Part shown: piece after piece, positions 31,132-41,752 of the stretch | How the letters are laid out: every line of letters starts with the position of its first letter | Numbering within the stretch: position 1 is the stretch's first letter | Assembly: GCF_016904885.1 (NCBI RefSeq) | Contig: NZ_JADWYI010000001.1 | Span: 7,049,224-7,113,223, forward strand | Reading direction: 5' to 3' | From: [Archangium] primigenium | Lineage (GTDB): Bacteria; Myxococcota; Myxococcia; Myxococcales; Myxococcaceae | Length of the DNA: 64,000 nucleotides | Notes under the pieces: generated by a model | The model's input: the letters and a program-made list of their open reading frames with translations, nothing else | Told to the model about the DNA's origin: nothing | The model's database searches: none | Made by a program: the position numbers and the translations under genes

Positions 31132-31776
31132 TCAGCCCCCGAAGCCCGCGGCCTTGAGCGCGGCCTCGGTGAGCCCGGCCCCCGGGCCCTGGCGCAGCGA
31201 GATGAGCCGCGCCACGTACTTGCCAATCATGTCCGCCTCCAGGTTCACCCGCTCCCCCACCGCGCGCGAGCGCAGCGTGGTGCGCTCCTGGGTCTCGGGG
31301 ATGAGCTGCACGCCGAAGTGGTCCACGCCCACCGAGTTGACGGTGAGGCTGATGCCGTCGATGGCCACCGAGCCCTTCTCGATGAAGAAGGGGGCGATGT
31401 CCGGGGTGAGCCGGAAGAGCATCACCCACGAGCCGCCCTCGGTGCGCGTCTCCAGCACCTCGCTCACCGCGTCCACGTGGCCGCTGACCATGTGGCCGCC
31501 GAGCCGGTCGCCCAGCGCGAGCGCCCGCTCGAGGTTGACCCGCGAGCCGGGCGTCCGGGCCCCGAGCGTCGTGCGCCGCAGGGTCTCCGGCGCCGCCTGG
31601 ACGCGGAAGGAGTCGCCCGCGCGCTCCACCACGGTGAGGCAGGCGCCATCCACCGCGATCGACTCGCCGAGTGTGAAGTCCCGCGCCCCGAGCGAGGTGC
31701 GGATCCACAGGTCCGTCATCCCGCCGGGGATGACCCGCTCCACCACGCCAATGTCCTGGATGAGTCCGGTGAACAT
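31132..31776 (-). CDS. ribE: Riboflavin synthase alpha chain
   Basis: [10 protein letters not shown] start. Two lumazine-binding repeats. The upstream extension of the ORF is antisense to the PilZ gene and is not credited. Confidence 0.85.
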   Translation of the reverse strand: MFTGLIQDIGVVERVIPGGMTDLWIRTSLGARDFTLGESIAVDGACLTVVERAGDSFRVQAAPETLRRTTLGARTPGSRVNLERALALGDRLGGHMVSGHVDAVSEVLETRTEGGSWVMLFRLTPDIAPFFIEKGSVAIDGISLTVNSVGVDHFGVQLIPETQERTTLRSRAVGERVNLEADMIGKYVARLISLRQGPGAGLTEAALKAAGFGG

Positions 31777-31932
31777 GTCGCGCTGGCTTATAACGGATTC
31801 GCGCGTCCGCGACCGCTGCTTCTCCCGCGCCCCCGCCTCCTCCCCGGGCGGGCCCGGACGGCGAGCGACCTCCCAGGTCGTCCCCCTCACGGCACGCTCG
31901 GTCGCCCGGCCGGGGCCGGGTAGACTGGGCGT

Positions 31933-32427
31933 ATGGATTTGACCGCGTGGTTGACGAACTTCCGGGAATTGCACGAGCGGGCGCGCCGCGGGCTGCACAC
32001 GAGCGAGGAGCGGGCGCGCTATCTGGAGGCCCGGGAGCACTTCGCGCGCTCGCTGCTCGAGTCCCAGGGGCAGAACCCGGTGACGGGCACGAGCGCGCGC
32101 CGCACCTTCCGGGTGCCCAAGGGCCTCGTGGTGGACGTGTGCTTCCGGGAAGGCGCCTGGCGGGGCCGCACCCTGGATGTCTCCTCGGGGGGCTTCTCCT
32201 GCCGGCTGACCCATCCCCCGGTGGCGGGCGAGGTGGGCGGCTTCGTGCTGTGGCTGCCCGAGGCCCACGAGCGGCCGGTGACGGGGCTCGTGCGGCTCGT
32301 GGCGCGGGACACGGGGGAGCAGGAGCCGCGGCGCGTCTCGCTCACCTTCGAGGAGATGGACGAAGAGGCCCGCGAGCGCCTGGAGCTGATGATCTTCGAT
32401 CTGGCGCTGGGCTACGTCCGGGCCTGA
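31933..32427 (+). CDS. PilZ-domain protein
   Basis: RRTFRV...DVSSGGFS (RxxxR / DxSxxG c-di-GMP binding motifs). Opposite strand, between ribE and ribD. Confidence 0.6.
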   Translation: MDLTAWLTNFRELHERARRGLHTSEERARYLEAREHFARSLLESQGQNPVTGTSARRTFRVPKGLVVDVCFREGAWRGRTLDVSSGGFSCRLTHPPVAGEVGGFVLWLPEAHERPVTGLVRLVARDTGEQEPRRVSLTFEEMDEEARERLELMIFDLALGYVRA

Positions 32428-32432
32428 GCGGC

Positions 32433-33608
32433 TCAGCGGCGCGGCTGGAGCTGGGTGCGCAGCAGGAGATCCTCGCCCACCTGCTCGAAGGCGAGCGGGC
32501 TCACCGTGAGCGCGCGCGCCATCTGCTTGACGCCCAGCGAGCCCGACCAGGACAGGCCCTCGCCGCCGATGAGCTTGGGCGCGATGAAGAGCAGGAGCTC
32601 GTCGGCCAGCTCCTCGCGCAGGAACGAGCCGTACATCTCCGCCCCACCCTCCACGAGGACATGGTTGAGGCCCTCCTGGGCGAGTCGGCGCATGAGGGCT
32701 TCCAGATCCACCTGCCCGTCCTTCTCGGGCAGCTGCCAGACGTCGGCGCCGGTCGAGAGGAAGCGTTTGGCCTTGCGGCCGGTGGGCTCCTCGAGCGTGG
32801 CCACCACGGTGCGCGCGGGCGAGCGCTGGGTGAAGACGGTGAGCGTCGCCGGCAGCCGCAGGCGCGAATCCACCACGACCCGCACGGGATCCTTCCCACT
32901 GCCCTCGGGCAGCCGGGTGGTGAGCTGGGGGTTGTCACGGCGGGCGGTGTTCGCGCCCACGAGGATGACGTCCACCTGGTCGCGCAGCCGGTGCACCCAC
33001 GCGCGGGCCTGCTCGCCCGTCACCCAGCGCGAGTCCCCGGTGGCGGTGGCGAGCTTGCCGTCCAGGGTGACCGCCGCCTTGAGCGAGACGAAGGGCAGGC
33101 CGGTGGTCATCGCCTTGAAGAAGGGGCGGTTGAGCCGATCGGCCTCCTCGGCGAGCACGCCGGTGAGCACCTGCACCCCGGCGCGCCGCAGCCGGGCCAC
33201 GCCCTTGCCGTTCACCTTGGGGTTGGGATCCGACGAGGCGGTGATGACCCGGCGCACGCCCGCGTCCAGGATGGCCTGACTGCACGGCGGCGTGCGCCCG
33301 TAGTGATCGCACGGCTCGAGCGTGGTGTAGAGGTCGGCGCCCCGCGCCTTGGTGCCCGCGGCCTCGAGCGCCACCACCTCGGCGTGCGCGGTGCCCGCGC
33401 GGCGGTGGTAGCCGCGGGAGATGACCCGGCCGCCCTTCACCAGCACGACGCCCACCACCGGATTGGGGCTGGTGCGGCCCAGGCCCTTGGCGGCCTCCTC
33501 CAGCGCCATGCGCATGAAGAACTCGGCCACGGCGCGGTCGAAATCCGCCGTGCGCTTGGCCCGGGGCGCGCGCCCCGCCTGCAATCGCGCTCGCGTCAAG
33601 AGCCGCAT
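32433..33608 (-). CDS. ribD: Riboflavin biosynthesis deaminase/reductase RibD
   Basis: Cytidine-deaminase-like HAE...PCxxC motif plus reductase domain. Confidence 0.85.
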   Translation of the reverse strand: MRLLTRARLQAGRAPRAKRTADFDRAVAEFFMRMALEEAAKGLGRTSPNPVVGVVLVKGGRVISRGYHRRAGTAHAEVVALEAAGTKARGADLYTTLEPCDHYGRTPPCSQAILDAGVRRVITASSDPNPKVNGKGVARLRRAGVQVLTGVLAEEADRLNRPFFKAMTTGLPFVSLKAAVTLDGKLATATGDSRWVTGEQARAWVHRLRDQVDVILVGANTARRDNPQLTTRLPEGSGKDPVRVVVDSRLRLPATLTVFTQRSPARTVVATLEEPTGRKAKRFLSTGADVWQLPEKDGQVDLEALMRRLAQEGLNHVLVEGGAEMYGSFLREELADELLLFIAPKLIGGEGLSWSGSLGVKQMARALTVSPLAFEQVGEDLLLRTQLQPRR

Positions 33609-33614
33609 CCCCCG

Positions 33615-34112
33615 TCAACCTTCCTTGTCCGGAGAACGGGGCGGCTTGCGCTCACGCGCCCGTTCCGACAGCAGGTCCTTGAGCTCCTCCATGAACTCGG
33701 TGATGTCGTGGAAGCTGCGGTACACCGAGGCGAAGCGCACGTAGGCCACCTCGTCCAGCACCTGCAGCCGCCGCATCACCTCCTCGCCGATGACCGACGA
33801 GGGCACTTCCTTCTCGCCCAGGCCCTGGAGCAGGCGCTCCACGGCCGTCACCGTCTCCTCCAGCCGATCCGAGGACACCGGGCGCTTCTCGCAGGCCTTC
33901 TGCAGCCCCGCGAGCAGCTTGTCCCGATCGAACGTCTCGCGCCGCCCGTCCTTCTTCACGATGAGCGGGGCGAGTTCCTCCACGCGCTCGTAGGTGGTGA
34001 AGCGCCGCTTGCACTGGAGGCACTCGCGGCGCCGGCGGATGACGGACCCCTCCTGAGACTCGCGCGAGTCGATGACCTTGTTCTCGGCGTCCTGGCAGAA
34101 GGGGCAGCGCAT
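33615..34112 (-). CDS. nrdR: Transcriptional repressor NrdR
   Basis: MRCPFCQ...zinc ribbon plus ATP-cone. Confidence 0.9.
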   Translation of the reverse strand: MRCPFCQDAENKVIDSRESQEGSVIRRRRECLQCKRRFTTYERVEELAPLIVKKDGRRETFDRDKLLAGLQKACEKRPVSSDRLEETVTAVERLLQGLGEKEVPSSVIGEEVMRRLQVLDEVAYVRFASVYRSFHDITEFMEELKDLLSERARERKPPRSPDKEG

Positions 34113-34131
34113 GGGGCGGCGGTGGGGCCCG

Positions 34132-35388
34132 CTACTTCAGGCGCGAGGCGTAGAGCGGGAAGCTCTGGGTGAACTCCTGGATGCGGCCACGGATGCTGGC
34201 GAGGCGCGCCTCGTCCGAGGCGTGGTCCAGCGCCTCGACCACCAGGGCGCCCACGGTGGCCATCTCCGCCTCCTTCATGCCGCGCGAGGTGAGCGCCGGG
34301 GTGCCGATGCGCACACCGGACGTCACCGTGGGCTTCTCCGGATCGAAGGGGATCATGTTCTTGTTCACCGTGATGCCGGCCTTGCCCAGCACCTCCTCGG
34401 CCACCTTGCCCACGAGCTTCTTGGGGCGCAGGTCCACGAGCATCAGGTGGTTGTCGGTGCCGCCAGAGCACAGGCGCAGGCCGCCCTTCTGCAGCGCCTC
34501 GGCGAGCGCCTGGGCGTTGGCGACGATCTGCTTCTGGTAGGCCTTGAACTCGGGGGACAGCGCCTCGCGGAAGGCCACGGCCTTGGCGGCGATGACGTGC
34601 ATGAGGGGGCCGCCCTGGATGCCCGGGAAGATCTGGCTGTTGAGCGTCTTGCCGTAGGACTCCTTGGCCAGCACGAGGCCACCGCGCGGGCCGCGCAGCG
34701 TCTTGTGCGTGGTGCTGGTGACGATGTCGGCCAGGGGCACGGGCGAGGGGTGGATCCCCGCGGCCACGAGGCCGGCGATGTGCGCCATGTCCACCATGAG
34801 CGCGGCGCCCACGCTGTCGGCGATCTCGCGGAACTTCGCGAAGTCGATGATGCGGGGGTAGGCCGAGGCGCCCACCACCACCACGCGCGGCTTGTGCTCC
34901 TGGGCGAGCGCGGCGGCCTGCGCGTAGTCGATGGTCTCCGTGTCCCGGGTGAGCCCGTAGTGCACGGCCTTGTAGAGCTTGCCGGAGAAGTTGAACGCGG
35001 AGCCGTGGGTGAGGTGGCCGCCGGAGTTCAGGTCCAGCGCGAGCAGCGTCTCTCCCGGCTTCATCAGCGCCATGTAGGCGCCCATGTTGGCCTGGCTGCC
35101 CGAGTGGGCCTGCACGTTGGCGTACTCGGCGCCGAAGAGCTCCTTGGCGCGGGAGATGGCGAGCGACTCGGCCACGTCCACCACCTCGCACCCGCCGTAG
35201 TAGCGCTTGCCGGGGTAGCCCTCCGCGTACTTGTTGGTGAGGACCGAGCCAGCGGCCTCCATCACCGCGGGACTGACGAAGTTCTCCGAGGCGATGAGCT
35301 CCAGGCCGTCTTCCTGGCGGCGCGTCTCCTCGAGGAGGACCTTGGCGATCTCCGGATCGACCTGGGACAGCGTGCGGGTGTTCTCCAT
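34132..35388 (-). CDS. glyA: Serine hydroxymethyltransferase
   Basis: 418 aa, PLP-lysine region [12 protein letters not shown]. Confidence 0.95.
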   Translation of the reverse strand: MENTRTLSQVDPEIAKVLLEETRRQEDGLELIASENFVSPAVMEAAGSVLTNKYAEGYPGKRYYGGCEVVDVAESLAISRAKELFGAEYANVQAHSGSQANMGAYMALMKPGETLLALDLNSGGHLTHGSAFNFSGKLYKAVHYGLTRDTETIDYAQAAALAQEHKPRVVVVGASAYPRIIDFAKFREIADSVGAALMVDMAHIAGLVAAGIHPSPVPLADIVTSTTHKTLRGPRGGLVLAKESYGKTLNSQIFPGIQGGPLMHVIAAKAVAFREALSPEFKAYQKQIVANAQALAEALQKGGLRLCSGGTDNHLMLVDLRPKKLVGKVAEEVLGKAGITVNKNMIPFDPEKPTVTSGVRIGTPALTSRGMKEAEMATVGALVVEALDHASDEARLASIRGRIQEFTQSFPLYASRLK

Positions 35389-35421
35389 GGCGTGTCTCTC
35401 CTCAGCGGGGAATGGCGGCCG

Positions 35422-35871
35422 TCAGCGCCCGTTGCCGGACTCGGCCTCGCGAATCTTGTCCAGGCGCCGCTGGTGGCGGCCGCCCTCGAACGGGGTGGTC
35501 AGGAACGCCTCGAGGATGCTCCGGGCGAGCCCCGCCCCCACCACGCGCTGACCCAGGCAGAGCACGTTGGCGTCGTTGTGGGCCCGGGCCATGCGGGCCA
35601 CGAACTCGTCCGTGCAGAGCGCGGCGCGGATGCCCGGGAACTTGTTGGCGGTGATGGCCATGCCCATGCCCGTGCCGCACACGAGGACGCCAAAGGTCGC
35701 CCGGCCCTCCGCTACCCCGAGCGCCACCTGGCGGGCGAAGTCGGGGTAGTCCACGGAGTCCGCCGTGGCCGGCCCCCGGTCATCCACCTCGGTGCGCGCC
35801 TCCTGGAGCGCCTTCACGAGTTCGCGGCGCAACTCCAGGCCCGCATGGTCCGACGCGATGATGACCTTCAT
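35422..35871 (-). CDS. rpiB: Ribose-5-phosphate isomerase B
   Basis: 149 aa RpiB/LacA/LacB family. Confidence 0.85.
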   Translation of the reverse strand: MKVIIASDHAGLELRRELVKALQEARTEVDDRGPATADSVDYPDFARQVALGVAEGRATFGVLVCGTGMGMAITANKFPGIRAALCTDEFVARMARAHNDANVLCLGQRVVGAGLARSILEAFLTTPFEGGRHQRRLDKIREAESGNGR

Positions 35872-35931
35872 GGGCGCCCTCTTCTTCCCTGCGCCGGGCC
35901 CCCGCGCGAGCGGCGGCCCGGGGGGGACGTG

Positions 35932-37200
35932 CTACTGGAACTTCTTGAACACCAGCACCGCGTTGGTGCCGCCGAAACCGAACGAGTTGCTCATCACCGC
36001 GTCCACCCGCTGCTCACGCGCCTGGTTGGGCACGTAGTCCAGATCGCAGTCCGGATCCGGGTTGGTCAGGTTGATGGTCGGCGGGACGATGTCGTGGAGG
36101 AGCGTCATCACGCTCACCACGGCCTCGGCGCCACCGGCGGCGCCCAGCATGTGGCCCGTCATGGACTTGGTGGACGACACGGCGACCTTGCGCGCGTGCG
36201 CGCCGAACACGGCCTTGATGGCCTTGGTCTCGTTGGCGTCGTTGAAGGGCGTGGAGGTGCCGTGCGCGTTGATGTAGCTCACGTCCTCGGGGTTCATGCC
36301 CGCGGACGCGAGCGCCAGGCGCATGCACCGCGCCGCGCCCTCGCCTTCCGGGGCGGGCTGCGTCACGTGGTGCGCGTCCGAGTTGGCGCCATAACCCACG
36401 ACCTCCGCGAGGATGCGCGCGCCGCGCTTCTTGGCGTGCTCCAGCTCCTCGAGCACGACGATGCCCGCGCCCTCGCCCATCACGAAGCCATCGCGCTCCT
36501 TGTCGAAGGGACGGCTGGCGCTCGCCGGGCTGTCGTTGCGGTTGGACAGGGCCTTCATCACCGAGAAGCCGCCCATGCCCAGCGGGGTGATGGCCGCCTC
36601 GGCACCGCCGGCGATGACCGCGTCACACTCGCCCAGGCGGATGGACTTCCAGGCCTCGCCGATGGCGTGCGCGCTGGTGGCGCAGGCCGACACGGGCGAC
36701 CAGTTGGGGCCCTTGCAGCCATAGCGCATGGAGATGAGTCCAGGCGCCATGTTGATGATCATCTGGATGATGAAGAACGGAGAGAGCCGGTCAAAGCCCT
36801 TCTCCATCCCCTTGTGGTGCTGCTCCTCGAGCGAGGAGATGCCACCAATGCCCGAGCCCACGATGACGCCGACCTTCTCGGGCGTGTAGCCATGGGGAGC
36901 GTCCGGCCCGATGGGCAGGCCACTCTCCTTGACGGCCATGTCGGCCGCCGCGAGCGCGAACTGGGCGAACAGGTCCATCCGGCGCACTTCGCGCTTCTCG
37001 ATGAACTGCTCGGGCTGGAAGTCCTTCACCTCCCCGGCGAAGCGGGTGTCGATCTTCCCCACATCGAAGCGGGTGATGTTCGCGATACCGGACTGGCCGG
37101 CGAGCATCGCCTTCCAGTTCTTCTCGGTACCGGTGCCCAGTGCCGTGAGGATGCCGGTACCGGTGATGACGACTCGACGGTTTGACACGTGACTCTCCAC
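35932..37200 (-). CDS. fabF: 3-oxoacyl-ACP synthase II
   Basis: 422 aa. Cys-His-His catalytic triad context. Confidence 0.9.
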   Translation of the reverse strand: MESHVSNRRVVITGTGILTALGTGTEKNWKAMLAGQSGIANITRFDVGKIDTRFAGEVKDFQPEQFIEKREVRRMDLFAQFALAAADMAVKESGLPIGPDAPHGYTPEKVGVIVGSGIGGISSLEEQHHKGMEKGFDRLSPFFIIQMIINMAPGLISMRYGCKGPNWSPVSACATSAHAIGEAWKSIRLGECDAVIAGGAEAAITPLGMGGFSVMKALSNRNDSPASASRPFDKERDGFVMGEGAGIVVLEELEHAKKRGARILAEVVGYGANSDAHHVTQPAPEGEGAARCMRLALASAGMNPEDVSYINAHGTSTPFNDANETKAIKAVFGAHARKVAVSSTKSMTGHMLGAAGGAEAVVSVMTLLHDIVPPTINLTNPDPDCDLDYVPNQAREQRVDAVMSNSFGFGGTNAVLVFKKFQ

Positions 37201-37266
37201 TCCCTACCGCGCTGCTGCCATGGAACACCGGGCGCTACCCACGCGCCCCGGTCCTACCGGTGAGGC

Positions 37267-37509
37267 CTACTTCTTGTGGGTGTTGACGTAGTTGATGGCG
37301 TCACCGACGGTCTTGATGTTCTCGGCCTCCTCGTCGGGGATCTCGACCTCGAACTCCTCCTCCATCGCCATCACCAGCTCGACGATGTCGAGGCTGTCGG
37401 CGCCGAGGTCCTCGATGAAGGAGGACTCGGGCTTGATCTCCTCCTCGCCCACCCCCAGCTGGTCGGCGATGATGCCCTTGATCTTGCTCTCGATGGTAGA
37501 CGTCGTCAT
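37267..37509 (-). CDS. acpP: Acyl carrier protein
   Basis: 80 aa, DSL phosphopantetheine site (LGADSLD). It is the terminal portion of the longer listed ORF. Confidence 0.9.
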   Translation of the reverse strand: MTTSTIESKIKGIIADQLGVGEEEIKPESSFIEDLGADSLDIVELVMAMEEEFEVEIPDEEAENIKTVGDAINYVNTHKK

Positions 37510-37613
37510 GGGTATTGAATCCTCCGGAAACCGCGTGACGGCCCAGCATACTCCCCGGACCCTGTAAAGGCGGGCGCGGTATACTCCAGGCCCCGCGCCG
37601 ATCCAACCCTTGG

Positions 37614-38360
37614 CTACATGTACATGCCGCCGTTCACCTTGAGGACCTCTCCGGTGATGTAGGCGGCGGCGTCTCCGGCCAGGAACAACACGGCGTTGGC
37701 CACGTCCTCGCCCGAGCCCAGGCGGGACAGGGGGATGGCGGCCACCATCTTCTCGCGCGTGGCGCCCTCCAGGGAGGCCGTCATGTCGGTGTCGATGAAG
37801 CCCGGCGACACGGCGTTGACACGGATGTTGCGGCTGGCGAGCTCCCGGGCCACGGACTTGGTGAGGCCGATGAGACCCGCTTTGGAGGCCGAGTAGGCCG
37901 CCTGCCCGCCGTTGCCCATCTCCCCCACCACGGAGGTCAGGTTGATGATGGCCCCGCCCCGCTGCTTCATCATGGGGCGGCTGGCGGCGCGGATGAGCGC
38001 GAAGGCGCCCCGGAGGTTGGTGTCCAACTGTTTGTCCCAGTCCTCGTCCTTCACGCGCATGACGAGGCCGTCCACGGCGATGCCCGCGTTGTTCACGAGC
38101 ACGTCCAGCCGGCCGTGCGTCTTGACGCACGCCTCCACGGCGCTGGCGCACGCGGCGGTGTCCGCCACGTCGAAGCGGACGATCTCGCCCCGGGCGCCCG
38201 CGGCCTGCACGAGCCCCAGCGTCTCCTGGGCGGCCGCCTCGTTGCCCGCGTAGCTGATGACGACCGTGGCGCCCTGCTTCGCGAACGCCACGCAGATGGC
38301 CCGGCCAATCCCGCGCGAGCCACCCGTCACCAACACCACCTTGTCCTTGAATGCGCTCAT
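37614..38360 (-). CDS. fabG: 3-oxoacyl-ACP reductase
   Basis: [14 protein letters not shown](P) motif, YxxxK. Confidence 0.9.
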   Translation of the reverse strand: MSAFKDKVVLVTGGSRGIGRAICVAFAKQGATVVISYAGNEAAAQETLGLVQAAGARGEIVRFDVADTAACASAVEACVKTHGRLDVLVNNAGIAVDGLVMRVKDEDWDKQLDTNLRGAFALIRAASRPMMKQRGGAIINLTSVVGEMGNGGQAAYSASKAGLIGLTKSVARELASRNIRVNAVSPGFIDTDMTASLEGATREKMVAAIPLSRLGSGEDVANAVLFLAGDAAAYITGEVLKVNGGMYM

Positions 38361-38361
38361 C

Positions 38362-39296
38362 TCAGGCTCCCAGCGCCGCGAGGACCTTCTCCAGGCTCGC
38401 GGAATCTTCCACGTTGAACGACTCGATGTCCTTGCTGATGCGCTTGGTGAGCCCGCTGAGCACCTTGCCCGGGCCCAGCTCGACGAGGCGCGTGACGCCC
38501 TCGGCCTTGAGCGTCTCCACGCACTCGAGCCAGCGCACCACGGAGCTGACCTGCTCGAGCAGCAGGGGCACCACGCGCGCCGCGTCGGTGTTGGGGCGCG
38601 CCTCCACGTTGGTCACCACCGGTACCGCCGGTGCACCCACCTTCACCCGCGCGAGCACCTCGGCCAGGCGCGGCTTGACGGGGTCCATCAGCGCGCAGTG
38701 GAAGGGGGCGGACACCGGCAGGGGCATGACGCGCTTGGCGCCCAGCTCCTTGCTCCGCGCCCCGGCGCGCTCCACCGCCTGGGCATGGCCGGCGATGACC
38801 GTCTGCTCGGGCGAGTTGTAGTTGGCGGGGGACACCACCTGATCCTGGGCCGCCTCGTCACACGCCTGCTTCACCTTGTCCGGGGTGAGGCCGAGGATGG
38901 CGGCCATGGCGCCCACGCCCTCGGGCACGGCTTCCTGCATGAAGGTGCCCCGCGCGCGCACGGCCCGCACGGCGTCCTCCAGGGACAGCGCCCCCGCGGC
39001 CACCAGGGCCGAGTACTCCCCGAGCGAATGGCCCGCCACGAACACCGGCGCCGGCCCCCGCCGGGAGAACACGGCGTGCGCGGCCACCGACACGGTGAGG
39101 ATGGCCGGCTGGGTGTTGGCCGTCAGCTTGAGCGCGGCCTCGGGCCCCTCGAACATCGTCTGGGTGAACTTCTCGCCCAGTGCCTCGTCGGCCGCCTCGA
39201 ACACGACCCGGGCCTCGGGAAACTTCTCGAACAGGTCCTTCCCCATGCCAACGGCCTGACTGCCCTGGCCGGGGAAAATGAAAGCGATCTTCGACA
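38362..39296 (-). CDS. fabD: Malonyl-CoA:ACP transacylase
   Basis: FPGQGSQ and GHSLGE motifs. Start inferred at MSKIAFIF. Confidence 0.85.
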
Positions 39297-39409
39297 TGCC
39301 GCGAACTCCCTCCCTCAAGGACTCCACTACCCGAGCGCCATGGGCAGGGAGGCGGAGGACGTATTGCCGTATTCGCCCAGGTTGAGCCAGCACTTCTCAC
39401 CACCCCGAG

Positions 39410-40465
39410 TCACCCCCCCGAGGGTGCGCTCTTTCCCCGGTGGCGGACGGGAAGCCAGGCGGCGGCCTGGGCGATGCAACGCGTCAACTCGGCGTGGCCC
39501 CCCGCCTCGGCCGAGCGCGCGGCCGCCTCCAGGGCCTGCTGCAGGGCGCGCGGCGAGCTGCGACCATGGGCCACGATGGCCACGCCCTGGATGCCGAGCA
39601 GCGGCGCGCCGCCGTGCTCCGCGTAGTCCACCATCTTGCGCAGCCCCGCGAAGGTGGGCCGCAGGAGCAGCGCCCCCAGCTTCTCCGCCAGGCCGCCCCG
39701 CGCCTCGATGGCCGAGCGCAGCACCCCCGTCACTCCCGCCGCCACGCCCTCGGAGGTCTTGAGCACCACATTGCCCGTGAAACCGTCGGTGACGACCACC
39801 TCCACGTCGCCGGAGAACAGCGCGCGCCCCTCGGCGTAGCCCACGAAGTTCAGGTCCGAGCCCCGCAGCAGCGCCGCCGCCGCGCGCGTGAGCGCCGTGC
39901 CCTTGGAGGACTCCTCGCCATTGGAGAGCACGGCCACCCGGGGACGCGCCAGCCCCAGCCGGGCCCGCACGTAGGCGCTGCCCAGCACGGCCCACTGGGC
40001 GAGGTGCTCGGGCCTGCACTCCACGTTGGCCCCCGAGTCCAGGAGCAGGCAGCGCCCGCTGCCCTTGAGGGCGGGCAGGAGCGTGGCGATGGCGGGGCGG
40101 TCCACCCCGGGCAGGCGGCCGAGCACGAGCAGCCCCCCGGCCATCACCGCCCCCGAGTGCCCGGCCGACACGAACGCCTCGGCCTCGCCCCGGCGCACGA
40201 GCTCGAAGCCCACCCGGAGGGAGGAGTCGCGCTTGCGGCGGATGGCGGAGAAGGCCTGATCGCCCATCTCCACGACCTGGGAGGCGGGATGCACGCGCAC
40301 ATTGAGGGGAGCGCCCCCCGCCCGCGCGAGGCAGTCGCGCACCCGGTCCGCGGGCCCCACCAGCACCACCTCGTGCTCCGCGCGCTCCCGGGCGAACAGG
40401 AGCGCGCCTCGCACGGGGGTCTCCGGGGCGTGATCCCCCCCCATCGCATCCAGAACGAGCCTCAT
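39410..40465 (-). CDS. plsX: Phosphate acyltransferase PlsX
   Basis: 351 aa PlsX family. No fabH between plsX and fabD. Confidence 0.85.
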   Translation of the reverse strand: MRLVLDAMGGDHAPETPVRGALLFARERAEHEVVLVGPADRVRDCLARAGGAPLNVRVHPASQVVEMGDQAFSAIRRKRDSSLRVGFELVRRGEAEAFVSAGHSGAVMAGGLLVLGRLPGVDRPAIATLLPALKGSGRCLLLDSGANVECRPEHLAQWAVLGSAYVRARLGLARPRVAVLSNGEESSKGTALTRAAAALLRGSDLNFVGYAEGRALFSGDVEVVVTDGFTGNVVLKTSEGVAAGVTGVLRSAIEARGGLAEKLGALLLRPTFAGLRKMVDYAEHGGAPLLGIQGVAIVAHGRSSPRALQQALEAAARSAEAGGHAELTRCIAQAAAWLPVRHRGKSAPSGG

Positions 40466-40566
40466 CGCGGCGGCATCCTTCCATGGACCCGGCCCGGCCC
40501 GGGGGTAGAATAGGGGGCGGACCTGGGGCGTTGCCGCCCCCGGGGGATTTGATCCCCATTGGCGCG

Positions 40567-40595
40567 TTGACTCACACGTCCCGAGCGGCTAGGGT
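40567..40595 (+). promoter_or_regulatory. Sigma-70-like promoter for rpmF (TTGACT-17-TAGGGT)
   Basis: Hexamers at 40567-72 and 40590-95, upstream of the plus-strand rpmF. Confidence 0.4.
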
Positions 40596-40677
40596 CCGCC
40601 GCCTTCCAAGCTTTTACCGGTCGGATCTGGTGAGAACATCTCCGGAAGCCCGGACCGTGACGATATAGAGGTGAGCC

Positions 40678-40866
40678 GTGGGTGTTCCCAAGAAGCGTAC
40701 GTCCAAGATGCGTCGTGACCGCCGCCGGGCGGCCAACAACAACCTGCGGAGCGCCGTGCAGGTGATCAAGTGCAGCAACTGCAACGAGCCGGCGCTTCCG
40801 CACCGCGCCTGCAGCGCCTGCGGCTTCTACAAGGGCCGCGAGACGGTCCCCGCCGCCCAGGGCTAG
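40678..40866 (+). CDS. rpmF: 50S ribosomal protein L32
   Basis: MGVPKKRTSKMRRDRRRA... with C-terminal Cys cluster. Plus strand, opposite to the flanking yceD and plsX. Confidence 0.85.
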   Translation: MGVPKKRTSKMRRDRRRAANNNLRSAVQVIKCSNCNEPALPHRACSACGFYKGRETVPAAQG

Positions 40867-40896
40867 TCCCCGGGCTCCAGCGCTCGCTGGAAGGTC

Positions 40897-40935
40897 AAAA
40901 GGCCGCTCCCTCGATGAAGAGGGGCGGCCTTTTCG
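40897..40935. terminator. Bidirectional intrinsic terminator between convergent rpmF and yceD
   Basis: AAAAGGCCGCTCCCTC-loop-GAGGGGCGGCCTTTT. A-run and T-run flank a GC-rich stem. Confidence 0.55.
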
Positions 40936-40996
40936 TTCGTGGCGTGGGCCCCGCGGCGCCTCCCCCTATAAAAGGAGGAGGCGGCGATGGGGGGCC

Positions 40997-41584
40997 TCAG
41001 CTCTGGATCTTGAGCTTCTTGAGCTGCCGGGCCAGGGGTGAATCCTCGCTCTTCGCCTCGCAGGCACACGCCTTCTCGTTGAGGTTCTGGCCGCACTGGG
41101 CGCACAGGCCCTTGCAGTCCTCGCGACACAGGGCGTTCATGGGCAGCGCCAGGATCGCCTGCTCGCGCACGATGGGCTCCAGGTCGATGACCTTGCCGTC
41201 GAAGACCTCCTCGTCCGTGTCATTGATGGAGAAGGAGCCACCCGACTCTCCATGGCCCCGGTCCTTCTCCTCCACCTCGTCCTCGTCCAGCACGTCCTCG
41301 CCTCGGGCGAGCGACTGGGGCACCAGGTTGAGCGTGAAGGACACGGGCAGCGTCAGCGTCGCGTCGGTGAGACAGCGCTTGCACTGCGTGTCCACGCGCT
41401 CGGTGAACTGGGCCTTGAGCAGCACGCCCCCGCTCACCTTGCGCAGGTCGGCGGAGACCGCCAGGGGCTCGGTGGCCTGGAAGCCCGAGCCCTCGAGCGC
41501 GGCGCGGAGCTGCTCCAGGCTCAGCGACTCCTTGAGCTGAAGCCCCTGGTCCTTAATCTCTTCAATCTTTACGCGCATCGCCAC
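40997..41584 (-). CDS. yceD: YceD/DUF177 family protein (large ribosomal RNA/L32 operon protein)
   Basis: 195 aa, C-terminal CxxC...CxxC. Confidence 0.75.
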   Translation of the reverse strand: MAMRVKIEEIKDQGLQLKESLSLEQLRAALEGSGFQATEPLAVSADLRKVSGGVLLKAQFTERVDTQCKRCLTDATLTLPVSFTLNLVPQSLARGEDVLDEDEVEEKDRGHGESGGSFSINDTDEEVFDGKVIDLEPIVREQAILALPMNALCREDCKGLCAQCGQNLNEKACACEAKSEDSPLARQLKKLKIQS

Positions 41585-41752
41585 GACATCTCATCCTGTC
41601 CAAAAGGGGCGCGCATCATGGGGAGGCCTCCCCCCGGAGTCAACGCGCCAGAACACCCAAGGATGTCCAAGACACGCGGATGTTGCACGAGGAGTGCGCC
41701 TCGAAGTGGAGCGAGGCCTGTCCGTCTGCTAGGGTGCCGGCCAATGGACGTG

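Noticed and set aside
31777-31932. Possible FMN riboswitch upstream of ribE or ribBA
   Set aside because: No recognisable RFN conserved core (for example GGAUGGG...CCGACGG) on the minus strand of the leader regions.
31777-32268. N-terminal 160-aa extension of the ribE ORF (31132..32268)
   Set aside because: The extension is antisense to the PilZ gene and has no riboflavin-synthase similarity. The true start is MFTGLIQD at about 31776.
40462-40803. Minus-strand ORF that would put an L32-region gene co-directional with plsX
   Set aside because: Its translation has no similarity to L32. The plus-strand reading gives a textbook L32 sequence.
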